Positions 54,545 through 64,000 of a stretch of 64,000 nucleotides of DNA are shown here, piece after piece. Below the pieces are notes generated by a model that was not told where the DNA came from, ran no database searches, and worked only from the letters and a program-made list of their open reading frames with translations. A program made the position numbers and the translations under genes. The stretch comes from the human T2T-CHM13v2.0 reference genome, Homo sapiens, in NCBI RefSeq assembly GCF_009914755.1, contig NC_060932.1; one strand, 5' to 3'. Positions within the stretch are counted from its first letter, which is position 1. Each line of letters begins with the position of its first letter.

Positions 54545-55319
54545 TGAATTAATACCAACAAAAAACTATCAAAAGGGAGACAGGAAGAGAGAGAGAGAGA
54601 TTGAGATTATTTTGGCTATTATTTCAGAGTAGAATTTTAAGATAAAAATGTCTATAAACTTTTTTAAATCAAGTTTTGTTGTATAAATGAGATGTAACCT
54701 TCTTTCTCTCAATAAAATGGAATTAAGGAGCTACATTAATCTTTGAGACTTTGTAGCTGGAATTTTTTTTTTTTTTGGGTGAGAAAAATGTGCTAAGACT
54801 GGTCATATGGGGAGAGAAAGAATCTGGTTGTATTCAGGAAATCTGCACTGTGATGCTATCTGTGTGAACTAAGATTTACTTCCTGACTCTTCCTCAGACG
54901 TGATAAATTATAGATGCCATTAGTAGTTCAATGAATGGCACTTGAGTTTTTTTTGAATGTTGGAATCCTTCAGGATAAATGCTGCTAAACAACTAATTAT
55001 GATGTTTAGCAGAATGCTTGACCTCTGGTGCACATCACTGTTATCTATGTACTTGAACAAATACAAGATTACAGGCAGGGCCTCAAACCTGACCTACTGA
55101 ATCAATTTCTGCCAGTGGGACCAGCATGAGTTCATTTGCAGTGAGTTCTGTAAGCACTGAAAACCCCGAGTCTGTATGCCTTCCCCTGTAGTGACCTCAG
55201 AGACAGAGAATTCTGGCTATGTGCTCTGTTTTTCACAGTAGGAAAAGCAGATCCAGCACTTAGAAGTCTGGATCCATAGGAGTGCTGAGGTTGCCTTTGC
55301 TGATGGTAAAAATAGAAAA

Positions 55320-55575
55320 CAAAGGCACACAATGAAATATTGAAGAATGCCTTCAATGGTGAATCTCAGAGGTGAAAGAAAGTTTGCTGGGGACAAAAGA
55401 CAAAGAAAGGGTAACCAAGGAAAGAGAGCCAGGAGAGTGGTGTTCATCAGGGTTGATGCTGCAGAAGGATGGGCACTGAGAAAAGGCAGTTGGAGTTAGT
55501 GATCAGGAGTTTATCAGAGATGTTCTAGAGCAGAAATAGTGTTGGAGGTGGAAGTAATTGCAAGGGTCTAAGGCC
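55320..55575 (-). mobile_element. L2 remnant
   Basis: aagagagccaggagagtggtgt...gatgctgcagaagg...ctgagaaaaggcagttggagttagtgatcaggagtt...attgcaagggt. Confidence 0.55.
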
Positions 55576-55795
55576 ACACTTCTCAGCCCTGGCTATGCCT
55601 CAGTCCTTTTTGGAGATTAAAAAACATGGAATTTCCAATCTCTATCCCACATGTTCTGGGCTGGGATTTCCAGAGAAGAGGCCTGAACATTTGTCTGTCG
55701 TCTGAATTTTTTAAAGCTACACGAGGGATTTGGTGGTGAAGCCAGGGCCAGGGACTAGGGAGGAAGAGAGTAGAAGTAGAAATACAGACCTGTCT

Positions 55796-56244
<449 letters not shown>

Positions 56245-57609
56245 TTAAGAACAACAGGTTAAAGCAGCAAAGTAAGAAATGGTAATTGAAGTAAGTTTCT
56301 TGAGAAAATAGCATCTACACCTAGCTTGGGGAATTTTAGATCAACAGACATCAGTTCTTATTTTATTGTGAAAATGAGTTGACGGTAGCCCTTAAGAGTC
56401 AGGAAAGTATTTGACTCGTATCTGTGACTATGTAGGTTTCAGTTGTTCAAATGCTGCTTTTCAGTGTGAACTCTTGAGCCCACATCCCAACATAGAGAAT
56501 GATAGATCAATATGAGGCCTGCACAATCTGAAAGGGACCTGAATTGATGATCCAGGGAATGATGAATCCAGGGTGAATGAGAAGTCCAGGAAAGCCTGAG
56601 TAAAGTAATCACATGCTGGTAGTTTCCATAGGTTCGTGGAAATGGTTATGTGGGAGAGTTAAGCTTCTGCAAACTTTCAGGTCTATTAACAAGTTATAAA
56701 GCTTCTATGATTCTCCACAAAGATGGCCATTGACTCTGAACAATGATTTTTTTCATCACATATGAGTGCTGAACAGTACTTATTTATGCTCTCAAAAAAA
56801 GTTACTTTTTGCCTGTAAAATAATTTTTCATTTTAGTAGAGTTCCTTTCTCCTGCATTAAACTTCATAAGATGTATGTGTGTGTGTGTTGGGGTGGGGGT
56901 GGGATGGTGGTGATGTGCATTCAGCATGTGTTGCAAGTAAATCATTAAAGCTCTTGCAAACACACCTTATAGCTGTCAGCTGGCACGCTCTCAGTGAATG
57001 GCTCTTTGGCTATATATGTTCAAGCTGGTGACAGTGAATACAAACAATGGTGTCTAGGTGCAGCAAACACAAACTTTCAAAGAAAATACCTATTAACAAA
57101 TGATTTCTAAAAGCTGGGACAAAGTGGCTCCTTGCTCACATCTACTCTTTTCCTCTTAGAGGAGGGTGGGCAGTAATTGTGCACACCTCCAGTTGTATTC
57201 TATCAAGAAGCTCTGTTAAGGGATTGAGAAATGCAGGTGAGGTTATTGAAACTAATGATGTTATTCTACTATGTTAAAATTAGGCCTGTGCAGTGAATTT
57301 TGTTAGATTCTCTCTCCTTTAGCAGCTGCATTTCCTACGACATAGTTAAAATTGACTGGGCCCTTGAAAAATATGTAAAATATACGTGTAATTCACTTTA
57401 AACCATAGTTGGTAACTTTACAGACTTCGCAAACCAAGGCTCCAGGAGGGAGAATTCACAGAATTTCTCCCTACTGCCTATGATCCCTGGAGAGAATGAA
57501 GTAAGGCTGGTTACCAGTGTATTTTGTGACAGTGGTTTTCTGTTTAAACGTGAGCAGGCAAATCAGCTTATAGTAAGACAGTGATTTGTGGTTATTTAGA
57601 TGTTACTCT

Positions 57610-57777
57610 TTTTAAATTTTTATGGGTACATAGTAGGTGTATATATTTATCGGGTACATATTTTGATACAGGCACACTGTAATAATCCCTTCACATAAAT
57701 AGGGTATCCATCACCTCAAGCATTATTTCTTTGTGTTACAAACATGTCAATTATACTCTTTTCATTATTTTTAAATG
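57610..57777 (-). mobile_element. 5'-truncated L1 (L1MA2/3-like 3' end)
   Basis: tttttatgggtacatagtaggtgtatatatttat...gggtatccatcacctcaagcatt; 14-bp TSD TTAGATGTTACTCT / TTAGATGTTAGTCT (57596 and 57778). Confidence 0.9.
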
Positions 57778-57889
57778 TTAGATGTTAGTCTGGTAAGAAG
57801 TGGCTGATTGCCAAAACTTTTAAAGACATTATTGCTAAATTATAATTAATTTTTACAATTTCACTTATTTATGCCATGTATTTGTCCCG

Positions 57890-58020
57890 TCAATAAATTG
57901 AATACCCTCTGTTGTGCACCAGGCACCCACTGAAGCATTGAACTCACAGAAATGAATAAGACAGATGCTGACTGCTAGGAACACAGCCTAGTAGGGGAAG
58001 TTGACTTGTAAATGACATCA
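57890..58020 (-). mobile_element. L2 3' fragment
   Basis: attgaataccctctgttgtgcaccaggcac...acagaaatgaataagacaga...cacagcctagtagggga. Confidence 0.65.
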
Positions 58021-60157
58021 GATTAATAATTTGTAACTTAAATTCTTTTTTATATTCACATTCGAATGGACGCTCATGCTTTCTATGCTGGTGTGACCAT
58101 TTAAGATTGGGTTGCTAATCTCTGGGAATCAATCAGCAAGCACAATCACTTTACTCTTTGAAAGTAAAGTGCCTTTACCTGTGAAGTCGTTAATGAGCTC
58201 CATCCTCACCTCCAAGCCAGATAAGAACCTTGGGCCAGCAAGGCCCGTTCCTCTCTCTTAAGATGTTACCTCGTTCTGTTTCACCGTTATTTCAGGGCTT
58301 TCCCTATGACAAGTCATTTCAGTTCAAATTTAAGAGGGTTCATTTTGTCACAAAGCTCATAGTAAGAGGGGCTCCCAGATTAAAAATCAAACAAACAATA
58401 ACAGACGAGCCCCACAAATATACAGGGTGACGAAGAAATACATCAGGAGGAGACTGTATCAGGAGTCCGGCATTTCCTTCAACAGCAGAAGTGGCTTTTG
58501 GAGATTACTATGCCCTTTGCACTACTGCCAAAGGTAAGCAAATGTGCCCAGAGGAATAGCTAAGGAAAAGTCTTCCAGGTCTCAGCAGGTTGCCTGGTGA
58601 CTACACCCCCGTGCTGTAAATCTCGGCCTTGGGTGACATGGTGCATGCTCTCGTGGGCAGCACTCTCAGGTGAGGAAGTACTTGATGTCTTCAGAGACAT
58701 AAGCCAGGGAAGCTCACTGACCTGGTGACCCTGTTCACATGCTTGAGCAAGAACTCAAATATGCCAAAAAGCAAATAGTGCTCTCACTTGTAATTTCATT
58801 TCTCGTGGGTGAAATGGGCTCCAACCTATGCTGTCCTTTCAAGGGCTGCTTGAGTGGCTCTGGCAGTGTCTGGGGATTTCAGAGAATATAAAACAGGTCC
58901 CCACAGCATCAAAAGATATAAAATCCATGGAATGACTTGAAACATATTTTATAAGTACCTAAATAGGGTCTTCTATTTAGCAAATAACATTGTTAAAATA
59001 TGTTCGATATGGGTGTTCAGGTGGGGAGGGAAGGGAGAAGAGAAACAAAAGCCCATCGGTCATAAAAAGAAAGCAAGGTCAACTCTGTGAGGTCTCAAAA
59101 CATCCTCACAAGAGATCAGGGCTCTTCTTTGAATTTTAATAGCAATTTTAAGGAAAGTAGTAGGTAACTGTCATTGAAGTAACTTAAATGAACTTTAAAG
59201 TCGGCCAAATTACTTCTGTGAACAACCACAAAGAACTATTTTGCAACCAAAATGAAGTTGTGTGATACCTGCCTTACTGTTCTCTGAAATGACATTACTA
59301 GAAGGAAAGTCCCTGTTTTCCCCTCAGATGGGTTTGCATTGCTGCTGGCTGAGACCAAGTGGTATAAAATGTGGTTTGGGTCCATCTTTCAACTCTGTTC
59401 AATGAACATTATGGATTGGTATATCAATGAAATAGATGAAGTCTAGGATTTTTGTAGTAAAGGATTTATTTCAATTGCTGCATATTCATTTATGTAGTGC
59501 ATAATTAACTACTAAGTGCAAAGTACTGAGCTATGTGAATGAGTTAAGATGAAAAATATCACAGTCCTTGATCTTAAGGCATCTTGTATCAAGTCAGCAG
59601 AAAGAGAACCTACCTGGGCAATTGCTGAGGAAACCAAGTGGTAGGGGCAAAGTATTTAAGAGTGGGACAAAGTTGGAAGGGCTCATTCTCTAATGACTTA
59701 CATTTTGTCAGTAAAATTATTTACTGAGAATAAGGTGGAAATGGTTGTGTGTTTGAGAAGTACTGTAAAATTTGGAAAGGCCACAGTGAAAAAGTTCTAG
59801 GGTGATTATGAACAAGGAACCTCAAATGCCTAGTGGTCCCATCAGCAGATAGCACAAATTTATTTGGGACCAGTCTGAACCATCTTCATAAATTACCATG
59901 TGGCAAATAATGAGGATGGATAACACACATTAGAAAATCCTGTGAGCTAGAGGCCATTGAGGCTATTTGTTAAGATACCACTGTTTTCTAAAGAGAAGAT
60001 AACTCAAGAGGCATGGACTGTGAAATAATTCGTCACTATGCCAAGGGCATGAAAGAGGTAAAAATCAGAGGGAAAAACTGTCATTAGTATTGAGTCAGTG
60101 TAACACAGATGAGGAGAATAATCTAGTTTTTTAATGCACCACTGAGGCAGTATAGTG

Positions 60158-60296
60158 TAGCAGAATTGCTGGGTCTTGTAACGCTGAGTTTAACCTTTAG
60201 AGGAACTTCCAACCTGTTTTCCAAAGTAGCTGCATCATTTGACATTCCCACCAGCCATGTATGAGGGCTCCAATTTCACCAGATTCTCATTAATGC
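60158..60296 (-). mobile_element. Old L1 fragment (L1MB/ME-like)
   Basis: gaattgctgggtc...gaggaacttccaacctgttttccaaagtagctgcatcatttgacattcccaccagccatgtatgaggg. Confidence 0.8.
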
Positions 60297-61633
60297 TTTT
60301 TTAAAAAGTAGACTTCGTTTTTCAGACCACTTTTAGGTTCACAACAAAACTGAGGGGATGGTTGGAGATATGCCATACATCTCCTTCTCCCACACATAGC
60401 ACAGCCTCCTTGCTTATTAACATCTTCCACCAGAATGGTTCATTTGTTATAATCAATGAACTTATATTGACACACATTATCACCCGAAATCCGTAGTTTA
60501 TACGGTTGGTGCTGTACATCTATGGATTTGCACAAATGTATAATTTATCCACCATTATAATAACATAGATTCACTGCCCTAAAATTCCTCTGTGCTCTGC
60601 TTATTCATCCTTTCCTCCCCACTAAGCCACTATAAAGGTTAATGACAATCACTAACCTTTTTACTGTCTCCATATTTTGCCTTTTCTAGAATGTCATGAA
60701 GTTGGAATCATACCGTATGTAGCCTTTTCAGACTGGCTTCTTTCACTTAGAAATATGCATTTAAGTTTCCTCTGTTTTTTTTTTTTCTTTTGAGTGCTGA
60801 ATAATCTTTTTTCATGATGTACTACCATTAATTTATTCACCTATTGAAAGACATCTTGGTTGTTGCCAAACTTTGGCAATTGTGAATAAAGCTGCTATAA
60901 ATATCCATGTGCGGTTTACATATGGCCATTAGTTTTCAACTCCTTTGGATAAATACCAAAAAAAAAAAAAAAGAATATGATTACTGGATTGTATAGTAAG
61001 AGTATATTCAGTTTTATAAGAAACTGTCAAACTGTCTCCCAAAGTGGCTGTACCGTTTTCTATTCCCACCAGCAGTGAATGAGAGTTCCTGTTGCTCCAC
61101 ATCCTTGCAGCATTTGATGTTAGTGTTCTGGATTTTCAGCTATTCTAGTATGTGCATAGTGGTATCTCAATGTTGTTTTAATTGGTGTTTCCCTGATGAC
61201 ATAAGATATAGACCATCTTTTCATATGCTTATTTGCTATCTGTACATCTTCCTTGGTGATGTGTCTGTCAAGATCTTTGGTCCATTTTGAATCAAGTTTT
61301 TTGTTCTCTTATTGTTGAGTTTTTAAAAGTACTTTGTTTATTTTGGATAACATTCCTTTGTCAGATAGGTTCTTTTGCAAATATTTTCTCCCAGTCTGTG
61401 GCTTGTCTTTTTTTTTTCTTGACAGGATCTTTTGCAGAACAGAAGTTTTAAAATTGAATGGAGTCCAGCCTATCAATTCTGTCATGAATCATGCCTTTGG
61501 TGTCATCTAAAAAGTCATTCCCAAATACAGGGTCGTCTAGATTTTTTTCCTATGTTATCTTCTAGGAGTTTTATAGTTTTGCGTTTTATGTCTAGGTATG
61601 TGATCCATTTTGAGCTAATTATTATGAAGCGTG

Positions 61634-62338
61634 TGTTGGGGCTCAGGCACACTACTCCAATATGACTTGCTGGAGACCAGAATATGCCATCCCAATATAT
61701 GCCATTGTGGCATATTGATTACTTTGAGCTGAAAGAAATTGAGAACCAGCCAACACAGGCAAAGCTCTTCACCACTCCCTCAGCTGCCTAAAGTATAAAA
61801 CACCCCTTTTGTAAATAGAAATTTACAAATACAAAGAAATTTACATTCGTGAAGATGTCTGTATCAGGAAGGGAAGTACTCCAAGAAAATCTTTATCACC
61901 AAAGAGCCTTACTTATATTTGCATAGCAAGGCAACTTTTATTTCATAGTACATTTTCTCCACCCACCTTCCCGTAATTTGTCTCCACCACTGCTCCTTCT
62001 GAGCCCCAAGCCCTATTTCTTTCTGTAGCTCAAGATGCTATATAAATGTCAGTCATCTAGCCCTTCTTCAAGTTTTATATTTTTGTGGGACTTCTATGTG
62101 TGTGCATGTAATTAAAAATGGCTTTCATTTCTTTTTTTATAGGCAAATATTATTTTATTGTTGTATAGTTTTGTATTTCTTTTGTTTTACTATGTGAGTT
62201 TCTTTATTTAGATTCTGCACATATCTTTAAAAATACTTATTATGGTATACGTTTAATCTGTCTTATGTCAATTTAAGAGCTGTAGCCCAGCCAAAGAACC
62301 TAGGAGGGTGGTGAAGAGCCACTTTTCCCTCCCCTACA
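61634..62338 (+). mobile_element. ERV1 solo LTR, MER34-like
   Basis: tgttggggctcag...ggagaccagaatatgcca...tttgagctgaa...cccagccaaagaacctaggaggg...tcccctaca; TG...CA termini; 4-bp TSD CGTG/GGTG. Confidence 0.85.
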
Positions 62339-62487
62339 GGTGTGAGGTCTGTATCTAGATTTATTTTTTTGCATGTTGATGTTTAGTCGTTCTAGCACCA
62401 TCTGTTTAAAGACTATTTTTTTCTTCACTGAATTGCCTTTGCCCCTTTGTTAAAGATCAGTTGACTATGCTGGTTTATTTCTGAGCA

Positions 62488-63692
62488 TGTGACGTAATAA
62501 AAAATATATATTTAGTGTCTGCCCCTGGTTTCCGATACAGCTTCTAAGTCCCTTAGAATCGCTTGAGTAATAGGAGCATATTTTGTTTTAATGAAGTGAC
62601 TCTTGGTAGGCTCCTAGATAGCTTCAGGATGGGTGCTGGATATCAGAAAGAACAAGCCATGATTAAAAGCTTGGAACTTTCAGCCCCACTCCTATCCTCA
62701 GGGGAGACATAGGGGCTGTAGATTAAGTGAATAATTTATCATGCTTACGTGATAAGCTTCCACTGAAAAATCTCCAGGGTTTGGAGAACTTCTGGGTTGG
62801 TTAATGTGCCCATTCAGGAAAGGGTGGTGTACCCCAACTACACAGGAACACCAGTTACTCTGCTTGAAACTCTTCCAGACCTCACCTTCAGTACCACTTT
62901 ATCTGGCTGTTCATCTGTATTCTTTATAATAAACTCATAAATGTTAAGTAATGTGTTCCCTGTGTTCTGAGAGCTTTTATGGCAAATTATTAAACATGAG
63001 ATGAGGGTTGTGGGAACCCCCAACTTATAGTCAAGTGAATAGTCTGTTATTGCATTGCTATAAATAAATATTTGAGACTGTGTAATTTATAAAGAAAAGA
63101 GGTTGAATTTTCTCACGGTTCTGCAGGCTGTTCAGGAAGCACAGTGGCTTCTGCTTCTGGGGAGGCCTCAGGAGGCTTCCAGTCGTGGCAGGAGGCAAAG
63201 CAGGACTGAGGCACATCACATAGCCGGAGTAGGAGGAAGTGGGGGGAGGTGCCACACGCTTCTAAACAAACAGATCTCATGAGAACTCACTATCCGGTGC
63301 CAAAGGGGTACGGTGCTAAACTATTCATGAGAACTCTGCCCCATGATCCAATCGCCTCCCAACAGGCCCCACCTCCAACACTGGGGATTACAATTTGACA
63401 GGAGATTTAGTGGGGACACAGTTTCAAACAATATCACCAAGTTAGAAGGGAACAGGTATCCTGGGCACCAAGTACTTGTGACTTGCAAGTGAAGTAGGGT
63501 GCACTCTTGTCTAATTGAACCCTTAACCTTCAGGGTCTATATTAACTCAGGGTGTCAGCATTAACACAGTGTCAGAATTAAATTATTATCAAATTGCTGG
63601 TATCTGCAGAGAATTGGAGAATTGCTTGGTATGGAAAATGCTAAAAATGCACACATTTGGTGTCAGAAGTGTTGAGTATAGTAAGTTTCTTT
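62488..63692 (+). mobile_element. MER21-like LTR interrupted by an MST LTR
   Basis: tgtgacgtaataa...ctcctagatagcttcaggatggg...aagccatgattaaaagcttggaactttcagcccc...tgggaaccccc...agtgtcagaattaaatt...cacacatttggtgtcagaagtgt. Confidence 0.88.
63036..63436 (-). mobile_element. MSTA-like solo LTR
   Basis: gcattgctataaataaata...ctcacggttctgcaggctg...cttctggggaggcctcagga...caggccccacctccaacactggggattacaattt...caaacaatatca; TSD TCAAG/CCAAG. Confidence 0.93.
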
Positions 63693-63945
63693 TAGCTCTC
63701 TATTCTGTTCCATTGATCTATTTGTCTATTCTGTTTTTTTTTTTTTTGTCTCTTCCCAGAAACATTAAAATCAGTTTATAGATATCCACAAAATAACTTG
63801 CTGGGATTTAGATTGGGACTGCATTTAAACATATAGATCAAGGTGGGAAGAACTGATATCTTGACAATACTTTCAATATTTCTATCCTGTCCTATCCATG
63901 AACACAGAATATACCTCCATTTGTGTAGTTCTTTGATTTCTTTTT

Positions 63946-64000
63946 CTTTCTTTCTTTTTTTTTTTTTTTTTGAGATGGAACCTTGCTCTGTCGCCCAGGC
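63946..64000 (-). mobile_element. Alu 3' end (cut by window edge)
   Basis: poly(T) then gagatggaaccttgctctgtcgcccaggc. Confidence 0.9.

Larger units (their letters stand above)
60297..63945 (-). mobile_element. L1MC1-like, split into pieces 60297-61633, 62339-62487 and ~63694-63945
   Basis: 3' end agacttcgtttttcagaccacttttaggttcacaacaaaactgag...ccaccagaatggttcatttgttataatc; L1 text rejoins across the inserts (atgaagcgtg|tgaggtctgtatctag; tttctgagc|tctctattctgttccattg). Confidence 0.9.

Noticed and set aside
56545-56592. Short spaced repeats (gatgatccaggg / gatgaatccaggg / gaagtccagg) as a CRISPR-like array
   Set aside because: Only three degenerate units with tiny spacers in eukaryotic DNA, and no cas genes

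Overview
Primate (most likely human) non-coding genomic DNA. It is AT-rich and CpG-depleted, with no CpG island and no recognisable protein-coding gene. Every ORF in the track is explained by repeats, microsatellites or chance. A large part of the window is transposon-derived: AluJ/S/Y, one near full-length ancient L1 (L1MA9-like), other L1 fragments, MaLR solo LTRs (MLT1, MST, THE1), MER34- and MER21-like LTRs, hAT MITEs (MER20, MER5, MER3), and many MIR and L2 remnants. Subfamily names come from my memory of consensus sequences and are approximate. I did not find a new biological system and cannot name the locus. The best second-look items are: (1) a 16-bp target-site duplication (TSD) enclosing the L1 plus extra downstream sequence, suggesting an ancient 3' transduction; (2) a tailless 42-nt 5S rRNA retro-fragment inside that L1; (3) two tailless 3'-truncated Alus; (4) a pre-miRNA-sized hairpin at 52.1 kb; (5) a ~135-bp diverged direct repeat resembling an ancient LINE 3' end; (6) several candidate exons of unannotated spliced transcripts.
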